From positions 649 through 64,648 of the forward strand of contig CAUWEX010000004.1 in the NCBI GenBank assembly GCA_963557965.1: a DNA stretch of 64,000 nucleotides, read 5' to 3'. Positions 19,137 to 29,785 of the stretch are shown piece after piece (within the stretch, counting starts at the first letter, position 1; every line of letters starts with the position of its first letter). Source of the DNA: an uncultured Clostridia bacterium. GTDB lineage: Bacteria; Bacillota; Clostridia; TANB77; CAG-508. Position numbers and translations under genes: made by a program. The notes under the pieces were generated by a model. It ran no database searches and was not told the DNA's origin. It saw only the letters and a list, made by a program, of their open reading frames with translations.

Positions 19137-20819
19137 ATGAAGAAAAATAGGGGAATAACATTAATTAGTTTAGTAATTACCATAATAGTATTATTGATAT
19201 TGGCGTCTATAGCAACATACGCTGGTATTAACGTAATTAGGGATACCCATTTTACAAGATTTGCAACAGCATTAAAAATTACGCAAACAAAAGTTAATGA
19301 AATGTATGAAAGTTATACTAATAATAAAACAATAGAAGTTAATGGGCAAAAATATACAGGAAATGAGATTTTAAATATAGGAAAAGATATATCGACTGTT
19401 CAAGAACAAGCCAATAAAGTTTTTACTGCAAGTGAATCAGGAATAACAGATACTACAGGATACAAATATTATGATAAATTTCTTGTAGAGGAACTTAATA
19501 TAGAAGGCGCAAAAGACGAGGAATTTTTTATAAATATAGAAAAAAGAAGTGTAGTAAGTTATGATGGAATGTCGTATGAAGGAAAAAATTATTATACTTT
19601 AGCACAAATTCCAGATGGATTATATAATGTTGAATATGAGGATAAAAACACGGGAAAACCAACATTTGATGCAAGTGCTGGAAAAAATCAAAAAGGAAGT
19701 TATACCATTACAATATCTAATATACAATTTAGTGGATATATAGATAAATGGCAAGTAAAATATCAAAAAGAAGGCCAAGATTTTTGGTCAACATCAGATG
19801 AACTTAAATTTGATGTAAATGAAAGTGGAAGATATTTAATATATATTGAAAATGGCAATGTAAAATCGGATATAAACAATGTAAATACAGATAAGAAATT
19901 AAGTTCAATAACAGGAAATGAGACTAATAATAGTGTGGCGCAAGACAGTTTGGGAAATCAAGTGGTAGTACCACCAGGGTTTATAGTACAAAATCCTAAC
20001 GATAACGTAACAGATGGAATAATAATACAAGACGTTGATAAAAACAGACCAACATATGGAAGTGAATTTGTTTGGATACCAGTAGGTACGGTAAATAAAC
20101 CTGATGGTGGGATAGAGACAATTAAGTTGAGTAGGTACAAATTCGGAAATTCAAATCAAAGCTTTCAAGAATACGGTGAAGAAGTGATAGACAACCAATA
20201 TGTAGAACAAGAAATGTCAAATTTAGGAAATACAACAGCAAAAAATCTCACAGACTTCAAGACAAGCGTTAGTAAAAATAAGGGATATTATATAGGAAGA
20301 TATGAAGCACGAGACGCTTGGGCTAGTGGACCACGTTGGGGCGGAAGCGGAACTTCAAGTCCTGTAACGTGTACAGCCAACAATTATATATACACATATG
20401 TTACACAACCAAAAGCTGCACAATTATCAAGAAATATGTACAAAGATGAAGTAGTACATAGTGATCTACTGAATAGTTATGCATGGGATACGTCTTTAGT
20501 GTTTATACAGAAATTTGGAAAAAATAAAGGATATTTACAGAGCACGGGATCTATAGCGGCAAAACTTGACAAAGGAACAGTGAATACATCTTATGAAGAT
20601 GTTGAATGCCATATATATGATTTAGCAGGAAACGAAATGGAATGGACAACAGAAACAATTATTAATAATGGAAATTACTGTTGCCTTGCAAGAGGAGGAT
20701 ATTATTTTAATAGTGGAAGTTTTGCGGCAGTTGGAGTAAGAATGCATGAAAGCAATTCAACGGGAGATATTAATAGTGGTTATTACTCGTTCAGACCAAT
20801 TTTATATATAAACTCATAA
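19137..20819 (+). CDS. Pilin-like (class III signal-like N-terminus) protein with C-terminal FGE-sulfatase/C-type-lectin-fold domain
   Basis: MKKNRG-ITLISLVITIIVLLILA N-terminus. C-terminal GYYIGRYEA ... LARGGYYFNSGSFAAVGVRMHES...YYSFRPILY resembles SUMF1/FGE-type CLec domains. ATG 19137 follows GGAGG. Confidence 0.65.
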   Translation: MKKNRGITLISLVITIIVLLILASIATYAGINVIRDTHFTRFATALKITQTKVNEMYESYTNNKTIEVNGQKYTGNEILNIGKDISTVQEQANKVFTASESGITDTTGYKYYDKFLVEELNIEGAKDEEFFINIEKRSVVSYDGMSYEGKNYYTLAQIPDGLYNVEYEDKNTGKPTFDASAGKNQKGSYTITISNIQFSGYIDKWQVKYQKEGQDFWSTSDELKFDVNESGRYLIYIENGNVKSDINNVNTDKKLSSITGNETNNSVAQDSLGNQVVVPPGFIVQNPNDNVTDGIIIQDVDKNRPTYGSEFVWIPVGTVNKPDGGIETIKLSRYKFGNSNQSFQEYGEEVIDNQYVEQEMSNLGNTTAKNLTDFKTSVSKNKGYYIGRYEARDAWASGPRWGGSGTSSPVTCTANNYIYTYVTQPKAAQLSRNMYKDEVVHSDLLNSYAWDTSLVFIQKFGKNKGYLQSTGSIAAKLDKGTVNTSYEDVECHIYDLAGNEMEWTTETIINNGNYCCLARGGYYFNSGSFAAVGVRMHESNSTGDINSGYYSFRPILYINS

Positions 20820-20895
20820 TCAACATGCGAAACCTTTACATCTCAAGCAATTTAAGGTATAATATAATACGAATAAATAAAAAGGAGAGATAATA

Positions 20896-22824
20896 ATGTC
20901 AGAAAACAAAAATCAAGAAGTAGAAGAATTAGACATTAATCATTTAATGCAAATAAGAAGAGACAAGTTAAAAGAATTACAAGAAGCAGGAAAAGATCCA
21001 TACGAAATCACAAAATTTAATAGAACAGTAACAGCAGGAAAAATCAAAGCAAACTATGATAAATTTGAACAAAAAGATGTAACAGTAGCAGGAAGAATAA
21101 TAGCAAAAAGAATAATGGGTAAAGCATCATTTTGTACTATTCAAGATAGTGATGAAAAAATCCAAAGTTATGTAAGCATAAATGACTTAGGAGAAGAAAA
21201 TTACAAAGCATTTAAAACATGGGATATCGGAGATATTATAGGTATTACAGGATTTGTATTTAAAACAAGAACAGAAGAAATCTCTGTACATGCTAAAGAG
21301 GTAACATTACTTTCTAAATCATTAAGGCCATTACCTGAAAAATATCACGGATTAAAAGATACAGACTTGAGATATCGTCAAAGATATGTAGACCTAATCA
21401 TGAACCCTGAAGTAAAAAAGACTTTTGAAATGAGAAGTAGAATAATTACAGAAATAAGAAATATCTTAGATGCAAAAGGATACTTAGAAGTTGAAACACC
21501 AATGTTAAATACAATTTCAGGTGGAGCAACAGCAAAACCATTTATAACACATCACAATGCTTTAAATATTGATATGTATTTAAGAATTGCAACAGAATTA
21601 AACTTAAAAAGATTAATTGTTGGTGGATATGACAAAGTCTATGAAATAGGTAGAATATTTAGAAATGAAGGTATGGATGTTAGACATAACCCTGAATTTA
21701 CATCAATTGAATTATATGAAGCATATAGCGATTACAATGATATGATGGATATAGTAGAAGAATTATTTTCTAAAGTAGCTATGAAAGTATTAGGAACAAC
21801 AAAAGTAACTTATCAAGGAAAAGAAATAGACTTAGCACCAGGCTGGAAAAGAATCACAATGATAGATTCTATAAAAGAAGTAACAGGAATTGATTTTAAT
21901 GAGATAAATACTGACGAAGAAGCTGTTGCTTTAGCAAAAGAAAGAGGAATAGAAATACCTGATAAAACAAAAGAAACTAGAGGAGATGTAATTAGCTTAT
22001 TCTTCGACGAATATGTAGAAGAAACTTTAGTACAGCCAACTTTTATATATGATTATCCAATAGAAATATCACCACTTGCTAAAAAGAAAAAAGAAGATCC
22101 ACGTTTAACAGAAAGATTTGAAGCTTTTATAGATGGTAGAGAATATGGAAATGCATTTTCTGAGTTAAATGACCCAATAGACCAATATGAAAGATTTAAA
22201 AAACAAGTAGAGGCAAGGGAAGCAGGAGACGAAGAAGCTGGAATGATGGATGACGACTTTATTCAAGCTCTTGAAATTGGATTGCCTCCAACAGGTGGTT
22301 TAGGTATTGGAATAGACAGAATGGTAATGTTATTAACAGATAGTGAGTCAATAAGAGATGTATTATTATTCCCAACAATGAAGCCTTTAGATGGTGGAAA
22401 TAAGAAAAATGATGTAAAGGAACAGCATTTTGAAACACCTGAAAAGATTGATTTTTCTAAAGTAAAGGTTGAACCAATCTTTGAGGAAATGGTTGATTTT
22501 GATACATTTGCAAAGTCTGACTATCGTGCAGTGAAGATTTTAGCTTGCGAAGCTGTACCAAAGTCAAAGAAACTTCTTAAATTCACATTAGATGATGGAG
22601 AACGCAAAGATCGTGTGATTTTAAGCGGAATTCATGAGTATTATGAGCCAGAAGAACTTGTTGGAAAGACAGCTATTGCAATTGTTAATTTGCCACCAAG
22701 AAAGATGATGGGAATTGATTCTGAGGGAATGTTGATTTCAGCGGTACATGAAGAAGATGGACATGAAGGTTTAAATCTTCTTATGGTAAATGACAGAATT
22801 CCAGCAGGTGCAAAGCTTTATTAA
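20896..22824 (+). CDS. lysS: Lysine--tRNA ligase (class II) fused to a C-terminal Trbp111/MetRS-type tRNA-binding domain
   Basis: The canonical LysRS ends near LLFPTMKP (~aa 497). ~145 further residues ([32 protein letters not shown]...[21 protein letters not shown]) match the OB-fold tRNA-binding domain. Confidence 0.9.
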   Translation: MSENKNQEVEELDINHLMQIRRDKLKELQEAGKDPYEITKFNRTVTAGKIKANYDKFEQKDVTVAGRIIAKRIMGKASFCTIQDSDEKIQSYVSINDLGEENYKAFKTWDIGDIIGITGFVFKTRTEEISVHAKEVTLLSKSLRPLPEKYHGLKDTDLRYRQRYVDLIMNPEVKKTFEMRSRIITEIRNILDAKGYLEVETPMLNTISGGATAKPFITHHNALNIDMYLRIATELNLKRLIVGGYDKVYEIGRIFRNEGMDVRHNPEFTSIELYEAYSDYNDMMDIVEELFSKVAMKVLGTTKVTYQGKEIDLAPGWKRITMIDSIKEVTGIDFNEINTDEEAVALAKERGIEIPDKTKETRGDVISLFFDEYVEETLVQPTFIYDYPIEISPLAKKKKEDPRLTERFEAFIDGREYGNAFSELNDPIDQYERFKKQVEAREAGDEEAGMMDDDFIQALEIGLPPTGGLGIGIDRMVMLLTDSESIRDVLLFPTMKPLDGGNKKNDVKEQHFETPEKIDFSKVKVEPIFEEMVDFDTFAKSDYRAVKILACEAVPKSKKLLKFTLDDGERKDRVILSGIHEYYEPEELVGKTAIAIVNLPPRKMMGIDSEGMLISAVHEEDGHEGLNLLMVNDRIPAGAKLY

Positions 22825-22936
22825 AATAATAGACAAAGAATTATATCAACTTTATAAAATTGTTAAAAAAAACCTTGATACTAAAATGTAAAATAGTTTT
22901 ACCAAAGAAAATAAAAGAGGGAAAAAAGGAGATAAT

Positions 22937-23671
22937 ATGTTTAACTTTTCTTTAGATAAAAGAGTTCTTTATATAGTTATAGCTATAATGGTATTAATGA
23001 CATTAGTTAATTTGGTAACCGAACCAGGAGCATTATTTGCATTGCTTGCAAGTGCTCCAGCGGTATTAATTGCAATAACATTTCATGAATTTGCGCATGG
23101 ATATGTAGCATACAAACTAGGAGATAATACAGCAAAAAATGAAGGTAGACTTAGTCTAAACCCATTTGCACATTTAGATCCAATAGGAACCTTAATGTTG
23201 TTGTTTGCTGGATTTGGTTGGGGAAAACCTGTACATGTAAATCCACTAAATTATACACGAAAATTCTCAATGGAAAAAGGAGAAGCACTTGTATCAGCAG
23301 CAGGACCTATAATGAACTTTATATTAGCATTTATATTCACGCTAATATATTGTGCTGTAAAAGCTTTTGCAGGAACAGCATTTTTGTCATCAACAATAGG
23401 TGGAATAATTATACTAATGTTAACTTATGCTATAAGCATTAATGTAGGTTTAGGAGTGTTTAACTTATTACCATTACCACCATTAGATGGTTCAAAAATA
23501 ATAATGCCATTTTTACCATATAAAGCAAAACAATGGTTTAATAATAATGAACAAATATTTTATCTAGTATTCGTAGTATTATGGATAACAGGAATAGCAG
23601 GAATGATAATTTCACCAGCTATTTCATGGATAACAAATGGATTTTTAAATATAGGAAATTTAATTTTTTAG
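22937..23671 (+). CDS. Site-2 protease family (M50) membrane zinc metalloprotease
   Basis: HEFAHG zinc motif and LNLLPLPPLDG motif in a multi-TM protein. Confidence 0.85.
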   Translation: MFNFSLDKRVLYIVIAIMVLMTLVNLVTEPGALFALLASAPAVLIAITFHEFAHGYVAYKLGDNTAKNEGRLSLNPFAHLDPIGTLMLLFAGFGWGKPVHVNPLNYTRKFSMEKGEALVSAAGPIMNFILAFIFTLIYCAVKAFAGTAFLSSTIGGIIILMLTYAISINVGLGVFNLLPLPPLDGSKIIMPFLPYKAKQWFNNNEQIFYLVFVVLWITGIAGMIISPAISWITNGFLNIGNLIF

Positions 23672-23763
23672 AGTATTGTCAGGTTTCAGATTGTCTAACT
23701 AAAAGGCAGTATGAAACCTGAAATTGTTTTAAGCTAAGACAATAAAAAAGAAAGGACAGAATA

Positions 23764-24756
23764 ATGCAAGATATATTAACATGTGGAATAGAAAGTAGTT
23801 GCGATGAAACATCAGTATCAATCGTAAAAAATGGAAGAGAAATTTTGTCAAATGTAATAGATACACAAATACCAATACATGAAAAATATGGTGGAGTTGT
23901 ACCAGAAATTGCTTCAAGAAATCATATAGAAGCGATTTCGAGGGTAATGAAAAAAGCATTAAAAGAAGCCGATGTAAAAATAGAGGACATTGATGCAATA
24001 GCACCTACATATGGACCTGGTCTAGTAGGGGCTTTATTGGTGGGACTTTCTTATGCAAAAGCTGTTGCGTATGCCAATAATATTCCGTTGGTGGGAGTAA
24101 ACCATGTTGCTGGTCATATTGCTGCAAATTATATTACATATACAGAATTAGAACCACCATTTATATGTGTTATGATGTCAGGTGGAAATACACAGATAAT
24201 AAATGTAAAAAGTTATACGAAATTTGAAGTTCTAGGAAAGACAAGAGATGATGCAATAGGTGAAGCGTTTGATAAAGTTGCTAGAGTAGTAGGTCTTGGG
24301 TACCCAGGAGGACCTAAAGTAGACAATTTAGCACAACAAGGAGAACCTAATATAGAACTACCCAAAACGCATTTTGACACAGAAACACTAGATTTTAGTT
24401 TTAGTGGAATAAAGACAGCAGTAATAAATTTACATCACAAAAAGCCTGATATAAACAAAGCTGACCTATGTGCTAGCTTTGAGAAAAATATTACAGAGAC
24501 ATTGTTAGATAATGTCAAAAAAGCAATAAAACAGACGGGGATACAAACAATAGCCTTAGCAGGAGGAGTTTCAGCTAACTCATATATTCGAAAAGAATTT
24601 AAAAAATTGGAAGAAAGTGGCGTAAAAGTATATATGCCAGATTTAAAATTATGCACAGATAATGCAGCAATGATAGCATCAGCGGGATATTATAATTTTA
24701 TAGAAGGATATAGAGCAGATATAAACTTAAATGCAGTCCCAAATTTGAAATTATAA
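23764..24756 (+). CDS. tsaD: tRNA N6-adenosine threonylcarbamoyltransferase TsaD
   Basis: [25 protein letters not shown] and VNHVAGH are Kae1/TsaD hallmarks. Confidence 0.93.
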   Translation: MQDILTCGIESSCDETSVSIVKNGREILSNVIDTQIPIHEKYGGVVPEIASRNHIEAISRVMKKALKEADVKIEDIDAIAPTYGPGLVGALLVGLSYAKAVAYANNIPLVGVNHVAGHIAANYITYTELEPPFICVMMSGGNTQIINVKSYTKFEVLGKTRDDAIGEAFDKVARVVGLGYPGGPKVDNLAQQGEPNIELPKTHFDTETLDFSFSGIKTAVINLHHKKPDINKADLCASFEKNITETLLDNVKKAIKQTGIQTIALAGGVSANSYIRKEFKKLEESGVKVYMPDLKLCTDNAAMIASAGYYNFIEGYRADINLNAVPNLKL

Positions 24757-24801
24757 TAATGAAAAATAATTAATATGTTAAACGTCTCAAAGGAGGAGAA
24801 A

Positions 24802-25509
24802 ATGTCAATTTTTACAATAGGAGATTTGCATTTGTCTTTTAAGGAAAATAAGCCAATGAATATATTCGGAGAAAATTGGGATAATCACGAAGAAAAAATA
24901 GCAAAAGACTGGAAAAGTAAAGTAAAAGATAATGACCTTGTAATTTTGCCAGGAGATTTTTCGTGGGCAATGTATTTAAAAGACTCAGATGAAGATTTTA
25001 AATATTTAAATAAATTACCAGGTAAAAAGCTATTGTTAAAAGGAAATCATGACTATTGGTGGACTACAGTAAGAAAAATGAGAGAGTTCATAGAAGAAAA
25101 TAAATTTAAAAATATAGATTTTATATATAACAATTCATATGAATTTGAAAATACTATTATTGTAGGAACACGTGGCTGGAGTCAGTCAGAAGACACTGAA
25201 GATATACGATTATTTAAAAGAGAAGCATTACGATTAGAGCTTTCGATAAAAGAAGGAATAGCAAAATACGGAGATGATAAAAAAATAATAGCATTTACAC
25301 ATTATCCTCCAATAAATAGATCATCTATAGAGAAAAATGAATTAAATGAAATACTAAAAGTTCTAAAAAAATATGACATATGCACATGTTATTATGGACA
25401 CTTACATAGTAATTCAATACTAGAAGCAGTAGAAGGGGAACACTTTGGAATTAATTTTAAATTGGTAAGTGCAGATGCTTTAGATTTTAAATTATTAAAG
25501 GTAAAATAG
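24802..25509 (+). CDS. Metallophosphoesterase family protein
   Basis: GDLHL, PGDFSW and GNHDYWW motifs. ATG 24802 follows AGGAGG. Confidence 0.8.
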   Translation: MSIFTIGDLHLSFKENKPMNIFGENWDNHEEKIAKDWKSKVKDNDLVILPGDFSWAMYLKDSDEDFKYLNKLPGKKLLLKGNHDYWWTTVRKMREFIEENKFKNIDFIYNNSYEFENTIIVGTRGWSQSEDTEDIRLFKREALRLELSIKEGIAKYGDDKKIIAFTHYPPINRSSIEKNELNEILKVLKKYDICTCYYGHLHSNSILEAVEGEHFGINFKLVSADALDFKLLKVK

Positions 25510-25529
25510 TGAGTTTGCAGGAGAAATAT

Positions 25530-27575
25530 ATGATAAATTTAGAAGAAGATGTAAAATATATAAAAGGGGTAGGTCCTAAAAAAGTAGTATTACTTAATAA
25601 ATTAGGAATTTATACTGTAAAAGATTTAATTACATACTATCCTAGAGCGTATGAAGATAGAAGTAAACCCAAATTTTTATATGAATGTGAAGATGGAGAA
25701 GAGGCTTTAGTAGAAGTAATTGCATGCAGTAGAGCAACAAATGTTAGACTAAAAGGAAAAACAATGCAAAGATTGATTGTAAGAGATGAAACAGCCTCTG
25801 CAACAATAACATGGTTTAATCAACCATATTTAAAAGATAAATTTTCCATAGGAGAAAAATATAAAATATTTGGAAAAGTAAGTAAAAAAGCTGGAAAAAT
25901 TAGTTTTAATTCGCCAACTTTTGATATAGGAGAAGCCCAAAAAAATACAGGAAGAATAATACCTATATATCCCTTAACATATAGTTTATCTCAAAATACA
26001 TTACGAAAAATAATGGAGGGGGCAATAGAAAAAGTATATGGAAATTTAGAAGAAACTTTGCCACAATATTTATTACAAGAATATAAACTAAAAAATATAA
26101 ATGATGCAACAAGGGACATACATTTTCCAAACGAATTTAAAGATTTTAACATAGCAAGGAATAGATTAGTATTCGAAGAATTATTATCAGTTCAATTAGC
26201 ATTATTAGAATTAAAAAACAATTACATGTCAGATAAGAATGGTATACAATTTAGTAAAGAAGCTAAAATGTCAGATGTAATAAATTCGTTACCATTTAAG
26301 TTGACAAAAGCTCAATTAAGAGTAATAGAAGAAATTGACCAGGATATGGAAGATAGCAAAAATATGAATAGATTACTACAAGGAGATGTTGGTTCAGGGA
26401 AAACAGTTGTAGCAATGTGTGCTGCATATAAAGCGGTAAAATCGGGATATCAAGCTGCAATAATGGCTCCAACTGCAATTCTGGCAACACAGCATCTGGA
26501 AAACTTTAAAAATATATTAGAAAAATTAGATATTAAATGTGAACTTTTAATATCTGGAATAACTAAAAAACAAAAAGAGGGAATCCTAGAAAGATTGGAA
26601 AATGGAGAAATAGACATATTAATTGGAACACATGCTATTATAGAAGAAAACGTAAAATTTAAAAATTTAGGACTAGTCGTAACAGATGAGCAACATAGAT
26701 TTGGAGTAAAACAAAGAACAAAAATAGCCGAAAAAGGAGAAAATCCGGATGTGTTAGTAATGACGGCAACTCCTATACCACGTACATTGGCTCTTATTTT
26801 ATATGGAGATTTAGATATATCTATAATAGATGAATTACCACCTAATAGAAAGAAAATAGAAACATATGCTGTAAATAAAAACATGACTGAAAGAGTAAAT
26901 AAGTTTATAGAAAAGCAACTTAAAGAAGGAAGGCAGGCATATATTGTGTGTCCATTAGTAGAAGAAAACGAAGAAATGGATTTACAATCAGTAGAAAAAT
27001 TATACGAACTATACAGCCAAGAAATTTTTCCACAATATAAGGTAGCATATATACATGGTAAAATGAAGCCAAAAGAAAAGGACGAAATAATGGGAAAATT
27101 TAAGTCAGGTGCAATAGATATACTAATATCTACAACTGTAATTGAAGTCGGAGTTGATGTACCCAATAGTAATATAATGGTAGTAGAAAATGCAGAACGA
27201 TTTGGGTTGGCACAATTACATCAATTACGCGGAAGAGTTGGTAGAGGAGAATATAAATCATATTGTATATTAAAATTTGAAGGAAAAAGCGACAATATAA
27301 GAAAAAGAATGAAAGTTATGACTGAAACTAATGATGGATTTATAATATCAGAAAAGGATTTAGAGTTAAGGGGTTCAGGAGACTTTTTTGGAACAATGCA
27401 ACATGGTCTGCCAGAGTTTAAAATTGCTAATTTATTCGAAGATATAGAGATGTTAAAAAAGGTGCAAGTGGTTGCATATAAAATATTAGAAGCGGACCCT
27501 AAATTGGAAAAAGAAGAAAACAAATTATTAAAAGAACTTATAAAAGATAAATTTAGAAACAGAATTGAAATATAG
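25530..27575 (+). CDS. recG: ATP-dependent DNA helicase RecG
   Basis: Wedge/OB domain then SF2 helicase motifs (GDVGSGKTVVA, DEQHRFG, MTATPIPRT, QLHQLRGRVGRG). ATG 25530 follows AGGAG; the track start at 25509 is a GTG. Confidence 0.93.
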   Translation: MINLEEDVKYIKGVGPKKVVLLNKLGIYTVKDLITYYPRAYEDRSKPKFLYECEDGEEALVEVIACSRATNVRLKGKTMQRLIVRDETASATITWFNQPYLKDKFSIGEKYKIFGKVSKKAGKISFNSPTFDIGEAQKNTGRIIPIYPLTYSLSQNTLRKIMEGAIEKVYGNLEETLPQYLLQEYKLKNINDATRDIHFPNEFKDFNIARNRLVFEELLSVQLALLELKNNYMSDKNGIQFSKEAKMSDVINSLPFKLTKAQLRVIEEIDQDMEDSKNMNRLLQGDVGSGKTVVAMCAAYKAVKSGYQAAIMAPTAILATQHLENFKNILEKLDIKCELLISGITKKQKEGILERLENGEIDILIGTHAIIEENVKFKNLGLVVTDEQHRFGVKQRTKIAEKGENPDVLVMTATPIPRTLALILYGDLDISIIDELPPNRKKIETYAVNKNMTERVNKFIEKQLKEGRQAYIVCPLVEENEEMDLQSVEKLYELYSQEIFPQYKVAYIHGKMKPKEKDEIMGKFKSGAIDILISTTVIEVGVDVPNSNIMVVENAERFGLAQLHQLRGRVGRGEYKSYCILKFEGKSDNIRKRMKVMTETNDGFIISEKDLELRGSGDFFGTMQHGLPEFKIANLFEDIEMLKKVQVVAYKILEADPKLEKEENKLLKELIKDKFRNRIEI

Positions 27576-27668
27576 TAAAAATTCCTACAAAAAGATAGTG
27601 TTATAAACATTGACTTTTTGTAGGAAAAATAGTATATTTATAGCAGTTGATAAAAGGATGTTGATGAA

Positions 27669-27863
27669 ATGTTTAAAATAATAATTAGCTTACTTGCAAG
27701 CTTGATGATGCTAGCAGGTGTAATACTAATATATGACGCACGTATTATTACGAAAAAGTTTTTTGGTTTTGGAGACCAAAATGAGGCATCTACAGGGCTT
27801 AAAATGCTGGGTTTTTTATTGCTTATGATAGGTGGATTAATTTTGTATTTTAATTACAGATAA
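27669..27863 (+). CDS. Small two-TM membrane protein (64 aa)
   Basis: Two hydrophobic helices and its own RBS region. No recognisable family. Confidence 0.5.
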   Translation: MFKIIISLLASLMMLAGVILIYDARIITKKFFGFGDQNEASTGLKMLGFLLLMIGGLILYFNYR

Positions 27864-27917
27864 ACTCTTGACAAATGATATAAATATGTGCTAATATTAA
27901 TACTGTCATTGAGATAT

Positions 27918-28001
27918 GCGGATGTGGCGGAATTGGTAGACGCGCTGGTCTTAGGAACCAGTGCCAACGGCGTGGGGGTTCAAGTCCCTTCATCCGCACC
28001 A
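27918..28001 (+). tRNA. tRNA-Leu (anticodon UAG), class II with long variable arm; integration target of the island
   Basis: Acceptor GCGGATG/CATCCGC, anticodon stem CTGGT/ACCAG with loop CTTAGGA, long variable arm, T-loop TTCAAGT, encoded CCA. Promoter TTGACA...TGcTAATAT lies upstream. Confidence 0.9.
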
Positions 28002-28181
28002 TAAGAAAAATCGATGTAAGTAGCTTGTATCTGAGGATACAGGCTACTTTAACGTTTGGTAACTAATAAATTTATTGTATAATTTCTAATATTTATTTTT
28101 CACTAGAGCCACAAGGGATTTCACGATTTTTAATTTTTATTAATTTTTTGTAGTAAAAACTGTTCACTCAACAAAAATTGA
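27989..28181 (+). repeat. attL-side direct repeat (tRNA 3' end plus ~180 bp downstream)
   Basis: ttcatccgcaccataagaaaaatcgatgtaa...cactcaacaaaaattga recurs at 41625-41817 with only a handful of substitutions. Confidence 0.9.
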
Positions 28182-28311
28182 CTATTTTGTACATGTAAAC
28201 TACAGAGTATAGTTGTTTGAAAAAACGTTGAGTGAAATCTCTGAAGTGCAGTAGAATAAATGATTTTAGCGGTTGGAGTTGTTGAGTGAACGTGTAATAT
28301 TATTTAATTTT

Positions 28312-29526
28312 TTATAATTCTTTTTCACTTTCTGCTAATTGTTTTGGCTGATTTAAAGCTAAATTTTCTCTTAAATAATATTGATTTACTTTATCAATTT
28401 CATTTTCCTTAAATTTATCAAAAACAGAAGTATATGTATTTAAAGTAATACTAATATCTTTATGCCCCATAAGTCTTTGAACTACAACGGGAGCCATACC
28501 GCTTTCAATACATCTTGTTCCGAAAGTATGTCTTAAACTATGAGTAGAAATATCAGTAATATTAAACTCTTTTTTCAATATTCTTTTTAGCTCATTATTA
28601 ACATTAGAACGTCTAACATATTTACAATTTAGAGGCTTAAATAACAACTTTTCATCATTGTTTATTTGGGTATTGGCAATTTGCATTTGCTCAACAATAT
28701 ATGGGTATAAAAAATCAGGAATAGGCAATATTCTTTTTCCAGCATATGTTTTAGTTTTATTACCCATTATAACATTTCCGATTTCATCGATTGATAAAGT
28801 TCTATGAACATTGATCTTTTTATGTTGCAAATCAATATCATGAGTAGATAGGGCAAGAGCTTCACCGACACGCAACCCCATATACATTTGAATTAAAAAT
28901 ACATTTCTGTATTTATATTTATCTACAGGCTTATTAATTAACCAATGTGTGAAGTTTTGTTGTTCTTCTACTGTGAGTGCTCGAACAATTTTATCTTCCT
29001 TACTACTTTGAGGTCTAATAACATTAAGCATAGGATTTCTCATTATATAACCTTTATCCATTGCTATTTTAAAAGCTTGGTTTAATTGTTGATAAGCTTT
29101 TTTTATCATAGAATTACTTAGGTTATCTTTTAGAGAAGTTAGGTATGCTTGTAATTCTTCTGAAGTGATATCAGATATATTTTTATTACCAAAAGATGTT
29201 TTTTCTAAATTTTGAATTGTAATAAGAACCCTACCGTATTGAGAAGCAGATATTTGATTAGTATCTCTTTTTAAGTTTAAATTTTGTTTAAGAAGTTCAC
29301 ACATAGGTATTCCATGGTGTTCGATATATAATGCGTTTCCTTTTTGATACATAATTGTACTTAAATATTTTTTTGCTTCTTCCTCTGTTTTAAAACTTTT
29401 GGTTCGTCTTACGGTTTTTCCTTTGTTTACATCATATTCATAAAATTGTGCTAACCAATTTTTTCTTTGCTTATTAAAATATATAGAACCTTCACTACTT
29501 CCTTTAATAGGCATATTATACACCAC
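28312..29526 (-). CDS. int: Tyrosine-type site-specific recombinase/integrase
   Basis: C-terminal catalytic region LRVGEALAL, HSLRHTFGTRCIESG and LMGHKDISITLNTYTS (R..HxxR..Y). Confidence 0.92.
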   Translation of the reverse strand: MVYNMPIKGSSEGSIYFNKQRKNWLAQFYEYDVNKGKTVRRTKSFKTEEEAKKYLSTIMYQKGNALYIEHHGIPMCELLKQNLNLKRDTNQISASQYGRVLITIQNLEKTSFGNKNISDITSEELQAYLTSLKDNLSNSMIKKAYQQLNQAFKIAMDKGYIMRNPMLNVIRPQSSKEDKIVRALTVEEQQNFTHWLINKPVDKYKYRNVFLIQMYMGLRVGEALALSTHDIDLQHKKINVHRTLSIDEIGNVIMGNKTKTYAGKRILPIPDFLYPYIVEQMQIANTQINNDEKLLFKPLNCKYVRRSNVNNELKRILKKEFNITDISTHSLRHTFGTRCIESGMAPVVVQRLMGHKDISITLNTYTSVFDKFKENEIDKVNQYYLRENLALNQPKQLAESEKEL

Positions 29527-29785
29527 CTTTTCTATTCATTTTCCAAAGTAGATATGCTGCTAAAGTTATAGTTTTTCTTTTGCCAATATTAATACTTGGA
29601 AAATCTTGTTGTTTAAATAAGTCGTATGCCTGGTTTATTCCAATATGTAAATCTTTTGAAACATCTTGAACAGATAACATAGCAAAAGGGTTAGTTACTT
29701 TACTTAAATAATTTATAATAATTTGCTTACTTAAATTTGTATTATCTTGTGTATCAATTATATTTAAATTGTGTGTATTATTCAT
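29516..29785 (-). CDS. xis: Excisionase-type HTH DNA-binding protein (Xis-like)
   Basis: MLSVQDVSKDLHIGINQAYDLFKQQDFPSINIGKRKTITLAAYLLW fits the excisionase/HTH_17 pattern. The gene overlaps the int start. Confidence 0.7.
   Translation of the reverse strand: MNNTHNLNIIDTQDNTNLSKQIIINYLSKVTNPFAMLSVQDVSKDLHIGINQAYDLFKQQDFPSINIGKRKTITLAAYLLWKMNRKGGV

Noticed and set aside
19137-20819. Possible second (remote) DGR target, because it shares the pilin-like head and a CLec-type C-terminus ending in FRP
   Set aside because: Its 3' end (…tattactcgttcagaccaattttatat) has no nucleotide similarity to the TR, there is no IMH-like gggttccgtccgctag block, and there is no adenine-specific mismatch pattern. 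It is a paralogue in domain architecture only.
26450-27166. 238-aa minus-strand ORF (and 27221-27610, 4190-4735, 42572-42994, 43652-43999 and similar)
   Set aside because: These are antisense shadows inside well-supported genes (recG, recN, rlmD). They have Ser/Ile/Phe-rich low-complexity translations and no RBS, which is typical of AT-rich genomes.
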